Positions 1 to 9,869 of a stretch of 64,000 nt of DNA are shown here, in pieces. The translations under genes and the position numbers were made by a program. Where the stretch lies: contig CAZJWR010000008.1 of the NCBI GenBank assembly GCA_964549765.1, positions 16,097-80,096 on the forward strand. Reading direction: 5' to 3'. The notes beneath the pieces were generated by a model. That model worked only from the letters and a program-made list of their open reading frames with translations. It did no database searches and had not been told where the DNA came from. This DNA comes from an uncultured Ignavibacteriales bacterium (GTDB taxonomy: Bacteria > Zixibacteria > MSB-5A5 > GN15 > JAAZOE01). Every line of letters starts with the position of its first letter. Position 1 is the first letter of the stretch.

Positions 1-1247
1 GGGCCGAGCGTGATCTCGCGTCCCTGGTAGACGATATCGCTATCAGCGCGGTTTTCCTCGACGTACACCACCGCCCGCGTGCCGGTGATGAGCGGCGCGG
101 AGGCCGGGATAACCAGCGGCGGATGAGTCGCATTATCAGTGGTCGAGGCGAGCTGCGCCATATCGTCGGATTTGTCGAGATCGGCTTTGACGACGCCGCT
201 GACGAACATGTCGGGCTTCAGATGTCCGCGGCGGTTGTCGGCCATCGCGCGGACCGCGACGGTGCGGGTCTTCTGATCCACGAGGGGTTCGATAAAGGTG
301 ATTTTCGCCGTGAACTTCTCGCCGGGGAACGACGGCGTCGTGAATTCCACCTGCTGTCCCTCGCGCAGCCAAGGCAGGTCGGTCTCGTAAGCATCGAACA
401 CCACCCACAGGCGGGACAGATCGGCGATATTGTAAATTTCAGCGCCAGTTGAAACATAATCCCCTTCCTGCGCCTTCTTGACAATGACGATCCCGCCGGC
501 CGGGGCGTAGATGACCATATGATCGCTGGTCTTGCCCGAGGATTCGATGGCTTTGATCTGATCGTCGGATAATCCGTACAAGCTGAGCTTTTTGCGGGCC
601 GCCTCGACCGTCGCCTGCGCCGTTGATTTGAGAATCGAGCCGCTGTTACTCAGCGATGATACGGCCTGAAGCGCCTGCACCAATTCTTCCTGCGCCGACA
701 GTAATTGCGGGGAATAGATGTACGCCAGAGGATCGCCCCGTCTGACCCGCTCGCCGACATAATCGACGTACAGGCTGTCGAGACGTCCCGGAACCCAGGC
801 GCTGATCGAATATCGCCGGGTTTCGTCGTAGGTGATTTTTCCAACCATACGGACCTCGGTCGCGGCCGTGGCACGCCGAACCAGCGTCGTTTGAATCCGC
901 GCCAATTGGCGTGCGGCATCCGTCAATCGTAATTCGCGCGGGCCGAGATCGTCGTGACCGCTTGTTTGAAGCGGAATCAGATCCATGAAACAGATAGGGC
1001 ATTTGCCCGGTTTCGGCAGTCTGATCTGCGGGTGCATGGAGCAGGTCCAGAGGGTCGGTTCCGATGCGGACGCTACTGCGGCCGCATTGTCCGTCGATTC
1101 CGTGGCCGGGGTAGAGCTGTCTCCTCCGGAAATCAGCAAACCCAGCACAAAGACAAACACGACGACAGCACCGAATCCGATTACCCCCCGCCCCTTGCGA
1201 GGAATGAAACCGAACCAGCTTCCAAAATCTGTCTTATTTGTATCCAT
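1..1247 (-). CDS. cusB: CusB-like efflux RND periplasmic adaptor with heavy-metal-binding domain (runs off the window start)
   Basis: Not in the ORF track because it has no stop in the window. Manual translation from ATG 1247 (GGGAG upstream) gives MDTNKTDFGSW..., a TM helix, WTCSMHPQIRLPKPGKCPICFMDLIP, YSPQLLSAQEE, IADLSRLWV and LKPDMF. The frame is open to position 1. Confidence 0.9.
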   Translation of the reverse strand, partial: MDTNKTDFGSWFGFIPRKGRGVIGFGAVVVFVFVLGLLISGGDSSTPATESTDNAAAVASASEPTLWTCSMHPQIRLPKPGKCPICFMDLIPLQTSGHDDLGPRELRLTDAARQLARIQTTLVRRATAATEVRMVGKITYDETRRYSISAWVPGRLDSLYVDYVGERVRRGDPLAYIYSPQLLSAQEELVQALQAVSSLSNSGSILKSTAQATVEAARKKLSLYGLSDDQIKAIESSGKTSDHMVIYAPAGGIVIVKKAQEGDYVSTGAEIYNIADLSRLWVVFDAYETDLPWLREGQQVEFTTPSFPGEKFTAKITFIEPLVDQKTRTVAVRAMADNRRGHLKPDMFVSGVVKADLDKSDDMAQLASTTDNATHPPLVIPASAPLITGTRAVVYVEENRADSDIVYQGREITLG

Positions 1248-1309
1248 CACAATACTCCCGGGCGATTATGATCTTCGGAATGCCGTCACCGGACAGCTCC
1301 TCCGGGTTG

Positions 1310-2719
1310 TTATTCCTGTCGGCCGAATTCCTGTCCAGCCAGCATTTCCATTTCCGCCCGTTTGACGGCGGCGTTGGTATAAGCACGATCGTATTCGAGT
1401 TGAAAATTCAAAAGTTGCCGCTGAGCGTCGAGGACGCTGAGGAAATCGCTTTCGCCGGCCTCGTATGAGGCATAAGTTGTGTTGAGCGACTGTTCGGCTT
1501 TGGGAAGCAGGCCGTCGCGATACAGGCTGATTTTGCGAAGATTGTCCTCGTAATCGTAATGCACGTTGTCGGTGTAGGCGGTCAGGTCGTTCTGGGCCTG
1601 CGCCAAATTATGCCGGGCGGCGCTCAAGCGCGATCTGGCTTCGTTCTTGCGCGATTTGTTTTTGCCGAACCAAATCGGCAGGTCGATGCCCACGGATACC
1701 ATCCACGGGTCCTTGCCGCTCTCCGGCAGCATGGGATTGAGAGCCGGGCCGGTTTCGATATAATCGACGCCGATGCTGAAATTGGGATACGATGATTTAT
1801 TGGCCAATTTGATTCCGGCCTTTTCCTTATCGATGGTATGCCTGATCGCCATAAGGTCAGGATTGTTTTCCCGAACCCTGGTCAGCAGGGAATCGCGGGG
1901 AATACCGGTCGTGTCGAAAGCGATCGAATCAGGTACCGGCAGGCCGACCGTATCGGGAAGATCAAGGACCGCCCGCAACTGCGACGCCGTCGGTTCGATT
2001 TTTTCCTCCAGGCTCCGGATTTGATCTTCCAGTCGGCCCAGTTCGACCTGGGTCTTGATCACGTCGGGATGTTTTTCCAGCGACGCCTGGTACCGGGTCC
2101 GAAGCACCGACTCCCAGAATCTGAGCAATTCGAAATTGTCGCGGGTGACCGACAACTGGCGGCCGAGGAAGTAATATTGATAATAGGCGCGCTTGACGCG
2201 GTAAAACAGCTTCAGCTTTTCGGATTGGAATTTCTCGTAGGCCGAATTGGCTGCCTCGAAGGCGACGTCGCCTTTGAGACCGAGCGTGCCGAACCACGGG
2301 AATGACTGCTTGAAACTCAGCTTCTGCTCTTGCGGCCCGACCCGGGTCTCGACGCTCTGGATGAAATAGCCGTAGGTCAGCATCGGATTGGGGAGAGCCG
2401 TGGCCGCCGAGCTTCTCTCCAGTTGAGCTTTCCAGCCATAAAAGGCCGAATGCAATCCCTGATTATGTAAAGCGGCATAAGCGAGATAGGCATCAAGGCC
2501 GCCCGAGGGATCGAATGGCTGACCAGCAAGGTCCGATTCGGCGAATTGGTACTCGATCTTTTCAGCGTTCGCTTGAGCCTTACCCCGGTCGGAGGCGTTC
2601 GCAAGACCGGTGAATATCGCGACCAGCGCGAAAATCGAAATCAATAGAATCGCTGCCGGACGGCGCGGCGCCGTCCCGGTTAGCGAATATTGGTCAGCTA
2701 TTTTCGTCCGGTTCTTCAT
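1310..2719 (-). CDS. TolC/CusC-family outer membrane efflux protein
   Basis: 469 aa with two OEP-like repeats (LPNPML...QSFPWFG; YPNFSIG...DLPIWFG; YEAGESDFLSVLDAQ). It lies directly upstream of cusB. Confidence 0.9.
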   Translation of the reverse strand: MKNRTKIADQYSLTGTAPRRPAAILLISIFALVAIFTGLANASDRGKAQANAEKIEYQFAESDLAGQPFDPSGGLDAYLAYAALHNQGLHSAFYGWKAQLERSSAATALPNPMLTYGYFIQSVETRVGPQEQKLSFKQSFPWFGTLGLKGDVAFEAANSAYEKFQSEKLKLFYRVKRAYYQYYFLGRQLSVTRDNFELLRFWESVLRTRYQASLEKHPDVIKTQVELGRLEDQIRSLEEKIEPTASQLRAVLDLPDTVGLPVPDSIAFDTTGIPRDSLLTRVRENNPDLMAIRHTIDKEKAGIKLANKSSYPNFSIGVDYIETGPALNPMLPESGKDPWMVSVGIDLPIWFGKNKSRKNEARSRLSAARHNLAQAQNDLTAYTDNVHYDYEDNLRKISLYRDGLLPKAEQSLNTTYASYEAGESDFLSVLDAQRQLLNFQLEYDRAYTNAAVKRAEMEMLAGQEFGRQE

Positions 2720-2733
2720 ATGCTGGAGTATAT

Positions 2734-2750
2734 CACAACAAGTGTGCCAA
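2734..2750 (-). promoter_or_regulatory. Putative sigma54 (-24/-12) promoter of the tolC-cusB operon
   Basis: The minus strand reads TTGGCACACTTGTTGTG, i.e. TGGCAC-N5-TTGT versus consensus TGGCAC-N5-TTGC. It is next to a divergent sigma54 activator. Confidence 0.6.
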
Positions 2751-2824
2751 GATTGAAAAACGCTTGTAAGCTGTTGAATGATAGCATATTAAAATATTTG
2801 GAACTTCTTATTATATAATATTGT

Positions 2825-2860
2825 TGAAGAATATTGTTGACAAATGAAGAATATTCTTCA
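2825..2860. promoter_or_regulatory. Tandem palindromic enhancer-like sites (candidate UAS for the NtrC-family regulator)
   Basis: Perfect palindrome TGAAGAATATTCTTCA at 2845-2860 and an imperfect copy TGAAGAATATTGTTGA at 2825-2840, 20 bp apart and 75-110 bp upstream of the -24 element. Confidence 0.6.
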
Positions 2861-3031
2861 ATTTTCTTCAATGATGCAGGTAGTTGTTAGAGTTTTTTGA
2901 CAAAATGACGATGGCCGACAAATTCAATATATTGAAAAATAATGAGTTATAGATTCGTTGTCTATTTTCTGATGGCGTCGGCACTCGTCTTGCCTAAGTA
3001 AAGAAAACGATAAACCGCGATGGGAATTTCG

Positions 3032-4078
3032 ATGACCGGAGAAAATAGACTCAAAGTCCTGATTATCGTCGCCATCATGGCCTTCACGGTGGCCATCCAT
3101 TACGGCCTGATTCTCAATCAGATTTTCGGGCCGTCGCATTGGATTCATGCCCTTCACGGGCGATTTTGCTATATCCCGATCGTCATCGCCGCCACCTGGT
3201 TCGGTCTGCGGGGCGGCCTGTATGCCGCCGCCGGGATTTCGATCCTGGTGCTCCCGATAATCCTGGGGGGGCATCTCAGCGAGCACAACGTCGCCCAGGA
3301 GTGGGTCGAGATCATTTTTTATTTCGCCATCGCCGCTCTTACCGGAGGGCTAATCGACCGCGAACTCAATCTTCGCCACAAGCAGGAACGGACGCAATTG
3401 CAATTGGAGCGATCCAACAAGCTGTCCATGGTCGGGCAAATGGCGGCCAGCGTGGCGCATGAGATCAAGAATCCTTTGGCGTCGATCAAGGGCGCGCTGG
3501 AGATTATCGGCGACGAATCGACGCCGCCGGAGGATCGGCGGGAATTCCGGGAGACGGCCATAAAAGAAGTCAGGCGTATCGACGGCACGATTTCGGAATT
3601 TTTGGAGTTCGCCCGTCCCCGGCAGGGGCGGTTCGAAGAGCTCGACCTGTCGGACGCGTTGCGGACCAGCCTGAAGCAGATCGAGGTGCACGCTTCCAAA
3701 GCGGGTCTGCAATTGGTTGACCGCATCAAGGACGATATCCATATCAACGGCGACCGCGAAAAAATCCATCAGGTTATTCTCAATCTGCTGATCAATTCCA
3801 TTCAGGCGTCGGCCTCGGGATCGGCGATCGAAATTCACCTGGACCGGGGCGACGGCGGCGCGGCCGTCATAACCATCCGCGATCACGGCAAGGGGATGAA
3901 TGCCGAGGAATTGGCGCGGGTGTTCGAACCGTTTTATTCCACCAAGCCGACCGGGACGGGACTCGGTCTGCCCATTGTCAAGGGGATTATCGAAAGCCAT
4001 CGGGGCGATATTTCTCTGGACAGCGCACCCGGCCACGGCACGACCATCACGATTACTTTTCCCGGATACGGAGGTTAA
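3032..4078 (+). CDS. Membrane sensor histidine kinase (His-rich transmembrane input domain)
   Basis: About 4 TM helices, H-box AHEIKNPL, N-box NLLINS, G1 DHGKG, and F/G2 FEPFYSTKPTGTGLGL. Confidence 0.93.
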   Translation: MTGENRLKVLIIVAIMAFTVAIHYGLILNQIFGPSHWIHALHGRFCYIPIVIAATWFGLRGGLYAAAGISILVLPIILGGHLSEHNVAQEWVEIIFYFAIAALTGGLIDRELNLRHKQERTQLQLERSNKLSMVGQMAASVAHEIKNPLASIKGALEIIGDESTPPEDRREFRETAIKEVRRIDGTISEFLEFARPRQGRFEELDLSDALRTSLKQIEVHASKAGLQLVDRIKDDIHINGDREKIHQVILNLLINSIQASASGSAIEIHLDRGDGGAAVITIRDHGKGMNAEELARVFEPFYSTKPTGTGLGLPIVKGIIESHRGDISLDSAPGHGTTITITFPGYGG

Positions 4079-4081
4079 CGC

Positions 4082-5449
4082 ATGTCGATCCGGATACTAT
4101 TGGCCGACGACGATGCCGCCCTCCGGCGCGTGATTCAATTCAAATTGAAGCAGAAGGGGTACGCGGTGGCGGTGGCCGAAGACGGTCTCAAGGCCCTTGA
4201 TGCGATCAAGCGCGAGCGGTACGATCTGCTGTTGTCAGACATGAAGATGCCGGGCCTCAGCGGTATCGAATTGCTGGAGCAGGCCAAGGCGGCGCAGCCC
4301 GACCTTGATGTGATCCTGATCACCGCTTTTGCCGATATTTCACAAGCGGTTCAGGCAGTCAAACTGGGTGCGGCCGATTATCTGACCAAGCCGTTCGAGG
4401 ATGAACAGCTATTTGTCGCCATAGAAAAATCGCTCAAGCTCAAGAAATTGCAGGACGAAAACAAATTTCTTCGCGGCCAGTTGCACGGCCGGGATTTCTT
4501 TAAAAGCATCGTCGGCGTCTCGCGGCCGTTCAAAGAGCTTATGGCCCTCGTCGACAAGATCGCTCCGACCGATGCGACCGTCCTTATCACGGGAGAATCG
4601 GGCACTGGCAAGGAAGTCGTGGCGCGCGCTATTCACCTCAAGAGTCTCCGTTCCGACCGCGATTTTGTTACCGTCAATTGCGCCGCCATCCCCAAAGATT
4701 TGATCGAATCGGAATTGTTCGGGCACGTCCGGGGCGCCTTCACCGGCGCCGTGCGCGACAAGAAGGGGAAATTCGAACTGGCCGACCGGGGAACGCTTTT
4801 TCTGGATGAAGTCAGCGAATTGAACATCGAACTTCAGGCGAAGCTCCTACGTGCCGTTCAGGAACGCGTCATCGAACCGGTAGGCGCGGAACGAGGTGTC
4901 GAGGTCGATGTCAGGCTTTTGGCCGCCACCAATATTAACCTCAAGGAACAGGTCGCGGCCGGGAAATTCCGCGAAGATCTTTTCTATCGTCTCAATGTTA
5001 TCCCCGTCCATGTCCCCAGCCTGCGGGAACGGCCCGAGGATATCCCGATATTGACCTCGGCGTTTTTGCGAAAATTCGGTCAGGGCGCCGACATATCCAT
5101 ATCGCCGGATCTGCATGAGGGCCTTAAGCGATATTTCTGGCCAGGCAATATCCGCGAACTGGAGAATCTGATCGAACGGCTGGTGATTCTGCGAAAATCC
5201 GATACGCTGGCAGCCGATGATCTTCCCGCCGATTTCGGCGCCGGCTTTCCCGAACCGGCCGAAGCCGATGCCGAGCGGATACCCGGCGGCATGACCTTCC
5301 ATGAAGCCGAGAAAAAACTGATCGTCGATGCCCTCAATCGTTTCGGATGGAACCGCACCCGTGCGGCCGCGCACCTGAACATCCCCCGTCATGTGCTGGT
5401 GTACCGCATGAAAAAATACGACATCAATGAAAATCAGCCGTCGGCTTAA
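4082..5449 (+). CDS. Sigma54-dependent response regulator (NtrC/ZraR family)
   Basis: Receiver domain (DDD, SDMKMP), AAA+ motifs GESGTGKE and ESELFGHVRGAFTGA, and a C-terminal Fis-type HTH. Confidence 0.95.
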   Translation: MSIRILLADDDAALRRVIQFKLKQKGYAVAVAEDGLKALDAIKRERYDLLLSDMKMPGLSGIELLEQAKAAQPDLDVILITAFADISQAVQAVKLGAADYLTKPFEDEQLFVAIEKSLKLKKLQDENKFLRGQLHGRDFFKSIVGVSRPFKELMALVDKIAPTDATVLITGESGTGKEVVARAIHLKSLRSDRDFVTVNCAAIPKDLIESELFGHVRGAFTGAVRDKKGKFELADRGTLFLDEVSELNIELQAKLLRAVQERVIEPVGAERGVEVDVRLLAATNINLKEQVAAGKFREDLFYRLNVIPVHVPSLRERPEDIPILTSAFLRKFGQGADISISPDLHEGLKRYFWPGNIRELENLIERLVILRKSDTLAADDLPADFGAGFPEPAEADAERIPGGMTFHEAEKKLIVDALNRFGWNRTRAAAHLNIPRHVLVYRMKKYDINENQPSA

Positions 5450-5540
5450 GAACAGCAGCCTTCGATAATCGATATATCATCACGCTGAGACAACTCTTTT
5501 ATTATGAATTCATGTTATTTCCGCCAATAATATAATTTGC

Positions 5541-5569
5541 TTGACTCGAATGGCCCGCTATCCTATACT
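5541..5569 (+). promoter_or_regulatory. Sigma70-type promoter for the Rieske/cytochrome b operon
   Basis: TTGACT-N17-TATACT. Confidence 0.6.
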
Positions 5570-5697
5570 GGTCAAAATTCGTTCGGACCGGGCCGGCCAC
5601 GGCGTCCGGTCCAAGACACGACAGGGAGAATGCGAACCATAGATGCGGCGCGACAATAGATATCGATTCGACATGGTCGCGTAGCAGGGAATCAACA

Positions 5698-6147
5698 GTG
5701 AACGAACATACTCAGGACAGGCGCACCTTTCTCCAATGGATTCTTCGGGGCGGGTTCGCGGCGCTGGCGGCGTCAATCTTGTATCCCGTATTCCGATTTC
5801 TCATTCCGCCCAAGACGGTCGAGGCCAATGTGTCGCAGGTCAAACTGCCGTTCACGCGGGCCGACATCGAGGCCGAGCCGCATAAATTCAAATTGTTCAA
5901 ATTCGGCCGGGAGATGGGAATTATTTTTATCGCTCCAAACGGTGAGTTGGATGCGCTTTCGGCGACCTGCACTCATCTCAGTTGCACCGTTCAGTATCGC
6001 CCCGACTGGCAGATTATCTGGTGCGCCTGCCACAATGGAAAATACGATTTGAACGGCAAGAATATTTCCGGGCCGCCGCCGCGGCCGCTGGAGAAATTCG
6101 CCGTCAACATCGTGAACGACGCTATCATCGTTTCCAAGGACGCCTGA
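5698..6147 (+). CDS. petC: Rieske [2Fe-2S] subunit of a Rieske/cytochrome b complex
   Basis: Tat motif DRRTFL plus a TM helix; box I CTHLSC and box II CACHNG; GPPPRPL. Confidence 0.92.
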   Translation: MNEHTQDRRTFLQWILRGGFAALAASILYPVFRFLIPPKTVEANVSQVKLPFTRADIEAEPHKFKLFKFGREMGIIFIAPNGELDALSATCTHLSCTVQYRPDWQIIWCACHNGKYDLNGKNISGPPPRPLEKFAVNIVNDAIIVSKDA

Positions 6148-6149
6148 CC

Positions 6150-7277
6150 ATGCCCGAACCGGCGAAATCACAGAACGGTTCACTCGCCCATAAAGCCTAT
6201 CACTGGCTGGACTCGCGGCTGCAAATCCGCCAGCTGGTCGATTATATGGGGCACAAGGTCGTTCCCGTCCACGGCCATTCAATCTTCTATTATTTCGGCG
6301 GGCTGACACTGTTTCTGTTTATGGTCCAGGTGGCCACGGGCATCCTGCTGCTCATGTACTATCGCCCCGGGGCCGACAGCGCTTACGAATCGGTGCGATT
6401 TATCGTTTCGGAAGTGTCGTTCGGATGGCTCATCCGGTCGCTGCATTCGTGGTCGGCGAACCTGATGATCTTCACGGTGTTTTTACACATGTTCACGGTT
6501 TATTTCACCTTTGCCTATCGCAAACCGCGCGAATTGACGTGGCTGACCGGCATGGGTCTTTTGGGATTGGCGATGGCGTTCGGTTTTTCGGGATATCTGC
6601 TGCCGTGGAACTCTCTCGCCTTTTTCGCCACCCGGGTCGGCACCGGCATGGCCGGGACGATTCCGGTCGTCGGCGACTGGCTGATGATTATTATGCGCAA
6701 CGGCGAAGAGGTCACCGGCGCCACCATCGGGCGCTTTTTCGGCCTTCATGTCGCCATTCTTCCTGCGCTGTTCACGGTCGTGCTGTCGGTTCATCTGTTG
6801 CTCATTCAGCGGCAGGGTATGAGCGAACCGTTGGAGTGGCGGGACAAGCCGCCGGAGACGAAAAAATACATTAAGTTTTTCCCGCAGTTTTTATATCGGG
6901 ATTTGCTGGTATGGCTGATCGCGCTGAATGTACTGGCGCTCCTCGCCGTCATATTCCCCGACGGCGTCGGGGTGCTGCATTGGCCGCTGGGTGAAAAGGC
7001 CGACCCGTTCGCCGCCCCGCCGGCATCGATTCGTCCCGAATGGTATTTCATGTTCATGTTCCAGGCCCTGAAATTCCTGCCGGCCCATATGTGGTTTATC
7101 ACCGGCGAGCTGTTCGGCGTGCTCTTTTTCACCATCGGCGGTATTATCTGGACCCTCGTGCCCTTCTGGGATCGCACCTCGCTCAAGGGCCGTCGATCGA
7201 AAATGGTGATCTGGTTCGGCCTGTTGGCGCTGGTATTCATGATCGTCATGTCCATTCTCGGTTATGTACTGGATTAG
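6150..7277 (+). CDS. petB: Cytochrome b (cytochrome b6-like domain fused to subunit IV)
   Basis: ATG at 6150, just after the Rieske stop. Heme His pairs RSLHSW...FLHM and GLHV...SVHL, GYLLPW, and the Qo motif PEWY. Confidence 0.93.
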   Translation: MPEPAKSQNGSLAHKAYHWLDSRLQIRQLVDYMGHKVVPVHGHSIFYYFGGLTLFLFMVQVATGILLLMYYRPGADSAYESVRFIVSEVSFGWLIRSLHSWSANLMIFTVFLHMFTVYFTFAYRKPRELTWLTGMGLLGLAMAFGFSGYLLPWNSLAFFATRVGTGMAGTIPVVGDWLMIIMRNGEEVTGATIGRFFGLHVAILPALFTVVLSVHLLLIQRQGMSEPLEWRDKPPETKKYIKFFPQFLYRDLLVWLIALNVLALLAVIFPDGVGVLHWPLGEKADPFAAPPASIRPEWYFMFMFQALKFLPAHMWFITGELFGVLFFTIGGIIWTLVPFWDRTSLKGRRSKMVIWFGLLALVFMIVMSILGYVLD

Positions 7278-7287
7278 GAGGCCGCGG

Positions 7288-8523
7288 GTGAAGTTCGTAT
7301 ATATGATGCTGATGGCCGGGTTGCTGGTAGCCGCCACACCGGCGGTCGTCTTTTCGGACAACTGCCTCGACTGCCATCAGACGTTCGAGGATGAAAACGG
7401 CCCCTCGCATTTGATCACCAAGGATGTGCATTACCAGAACGGTCTGAGTTGCGTGTCCTGCCACGGCGGTGATTCAACGATGTCCGATATGGACGACGTC
7501 CGGAAATCATCCTCATTTCGGGGAGTGCCGACGTATTTACAGGTTCCCGATTTCTGCGCCCGCTGCCATTCCAACCCCGACTACATGCACGATCATAATC
7601 CCCGCTTGCCGGTCGATCAATTGGAAAAATACAAAACATCGATCCACGGCAAACGGCTTTTCGAAAAACACGATACCAAAGTCGCCAATTGCGTTTCGTG
7701 CCATTCGGTGCACGAAATCGGCAACGCCAAGCTGCCGTATTCCAGCACCTATCCGCTCAACCTGCCGTTCACCTGCGGAAAATGCCACGCCGATTCGGCC
7801 CATATGGCCGGCTATAACATCCCCACCGATCAACTGGCCGGATACCAAGTGTCGGTGCACGGCAAGGCGTTGCTGGAAAAAGAGGATCTAAGCGCGCCGG
7901 CCTGCAACGACTGCCACGGCAACCACGGCGCGGCTCCTCCCGGAATCAATTCTCTGGCGGCGGTATGCGGCATGTGCCACGCTATCGAGGCCGAACTGTA
8001 CAATGCCTCGCCCCATCGGGCGGCGTTCGATGAGCTCGACCTTCCCATGTGCGTAGTGTGTCATTCCAATCACAAAATCCTCCCGCCGGGGGATTTCATG
8101 ATCGGTCTGACCGATCCCGCCGTGTGCGGCAACTGCCACAGCCGCGACGACGGCACCAAAGCCCCGGCGACGATCGACAGCATGAAAGCCACGCTGGCCA
8201 ACCTGTCCCAGGCCCGGGACAGCGCCCGGCAGATTCTGGACGACGCCGAGACCAAGGGCATGATGACCACCGACGAGGAATTCCTCATGAAGGAGGTCGA
8301 TCAGTCGTTGATCCAGACGCGGACGCTGATTCACCGCTTTGACATTGATACTCTCGGGCCGACGGCCGTTCAGGGTATCGAGAACGCCCGGAAGGTCCAA
8401 ACCGAATCGGCCGGTCTTATCAATCAATATTATTTCCGGCGCAAAGGCCTGGCGGTGGCGACCCTGATCATCACCCTGCTGGCCATCGGCCTCTATATCA
8501 AAATCCGCCGCATGGGGCGTTGA
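7288..8523 (+). CDS. Membrane-anchored nonaheme cytochrome c
   Basis: GTG after AGGAGG, a signal peptide, nine CxxCH motifs (CLDCH, CVSCH, CARCH, CVSCH, CGKCH, CNDCH, CGMCH, CVVCH, CGNCH), a helical stalk and a C-terminal TM helix. Confidence 0.92.
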   Translation: MKFVYMMLMAGLLVAATPAVVFSDNCLDCHQTFEDENGPSHLITKDVHYQNGLSCVSCHGGDSTMSDMDDVRKSSSFRGVPTYLQVPDFCARCHSNPDYMHDHNPRLPVDQLEKYKTSIHGKRLFEKHDTKVANCVSCHSVHEIGNAKLPYSSTYPLNLPFTCGKCHADSAHMAGYNIPTDQLAGYQVSVHGKALLEKEDLSAPACNDCHGNHGAAPPGINSLAAVCGMCHAIEAELYNASPHRAAFDELDLPMCVVCHSNHKILPPGDFMIGLTDPAVCGNCHSRDDGTKAPATIDSMKATLANLSQARDSARQILDDAETKGMMTTDEEFLMKEVDQSLIQTRTLIHRFDIDTLGPTAVQGIENARKVQTESAGLINQYYFRRKGLAVATLIITLLAIGLYIKIRRMGR

Positions 8524-8862
8524 CAGAAGCCGTTCCGAGAATTCCATGTCAATGTTTCGCGCGATCCTTCCACGGTGCGGTCCGCCAGAGGCGGATGATC
8601 GCGCGATGAAAATGCTTCTCTTGGCGGTAAAACTCACCGCCAAATCCGGAGTGAAATAGGCTTTTTTTCGGTTGCGTTATTCTAAAAGTTCCTTATACTG
8701 AGAGTGAAAGCGTACAAAAATTGTCGCGCCGGTTACATTGATCTATATTAATTACCGCCCACGGCAAGCCTCCCGGCAGCCGTGGCGGCGGCCTTATTTG
8801 CTAAGTAGCAGTTGTAATAGATTTGCATAACATATCATAACCATGTGACAGGGTAGGGTGCC

Positions 8863-8988
8863 ATGAGCATGGAAATTTATCTTGTCTTGGCCGGGATCGG
8901 CACGGCCGTATTGTTCCTCATATTTCTTCTGGTTGTCGTTATCTGGGAAGTTCGTAAACAAAACCGCGAGGTCGAGGAATCCGGCTGA
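8863..8988 (+). CDS. Small single-pass membrane protein (41 aa)
   Basis: MSMEIYLVLAGIGTAVLFLIFLLVVVIWEVRKQNREVEESG; GGGTAGGG upstream; a long hydrophobic helix followed by a charged tail. It is below the ORF-track length cutoff. Confidence 0.55.
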   Translation: MSMEIYLVLAGIGTAVLFLIFLLVVVIWEVRKQNREVEESG

Positions 8989-9224
8989 GCGGCCGCGCGT
9001 GTGATGTCCCCACGGTTTTCCGATAGCGAAAGCAGGGATACTTGCCGGCTTTTCTCAAACATCATCATCACAGTACCACTATCTAAATAGATAAATTGAC
9101 CGATATTTGCAGGATATGTGTGGCCGGCGCCGCCGAATTGTCCGGATGGGATTCACCGCGACGGCTGAAAGTCGGGAGAAATTTCCCCTATCCCAATCCC
9201 GCTTTTGTTCGTATCTTATCGACG

Positions 9225-9869
9225 ATGGAAAAAAGTATGAATCAAAAAGCCGATTCTGCGATCAAAATCAACGAAAAGGAGATGGTGGCCAAGGCCCAAA
9301 CCGGCGATTTTACCGCGTTCACGACCCTGATCGAGCAGTACCGGCCCCGGATTTTCGGCATGGCGCTCAAGTTGGCCAAGAACCGCGAAGACGCGGAAGA
9401 TATTTTCCAGGAGACGTTTTTGAAGGCGATCGACAACATCAAGAAGTTCCGCGCTGAATCGGCATTTGGCACCTGGCTCTACGCCATCGCCATCAATGTC
9501 GTCCGGGCCAAGTATGCCGAGGAAAACAAAAAGGAACTGCTCCCGATAGAAGATTACCTGCCCTCCTCGCACGGTCACGGCCATCCCGACACCGACCTGC
9601 CGGAACTGCTCGACTGGAACGATCCGCTGTCGAAACTGACCGACGACGAAGTCGGCAGGATGATAGACGCCGCGATTCATGAATTACCGCTCAAATACCG
9701 GGCGCCGTTTCTTCTGCGCTATACCCAGGATATGTCTCTTCAGGAGGTGGCCGATACGCTGCATCTCAAACTGGCCGCCGCCAAATCGCGGATACTCCGG
9801 GCGCGCCTGGCGCTTCGGGCCAAATTGAACGATTATTTATCCGAGGATGATCACCATGTCTCGATGTGA
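9225..9869 (+). CDS. ECF RNA polymerase sigma factor
   Basis: Region 2 (EDAEDIFQETFLKA, FGTWLYAIA) and region 4 (LPLKYRAPFLLR..MSLQEVA..KSRILRAR). The start is 9225 or 9237. Confidence 0.92.
   Translation: MEKSMNQKADSAIKINEKEMVAKAQTGDFTAFTTLIEQYRPRIFGMALKLAKNREDAEDIFQETFLKAIDNIKKFRAESAFGTWLYAIAINVVRAKYAEENKKELLPIEDYLPSSHGHGHPDTDLPELLDWNDPLSKLTDDEVGRMIDAAIHELPLKYRAPFLLRYTQDMSLQEVADTLHLKLAAAKSRILRARLALRAKLNDYLSEDDHHVSM

Noticed and set aside
5982-6149. N-terminal extensions given by the ORF track for cytochrome b, the ABC ATPase (to 31927) and the DsrM-like protein (to 52259)
   Set aside because: They overlap upstream genes in another frame; downstream starts fit the RBS or coupling evidence and the family lengths better.
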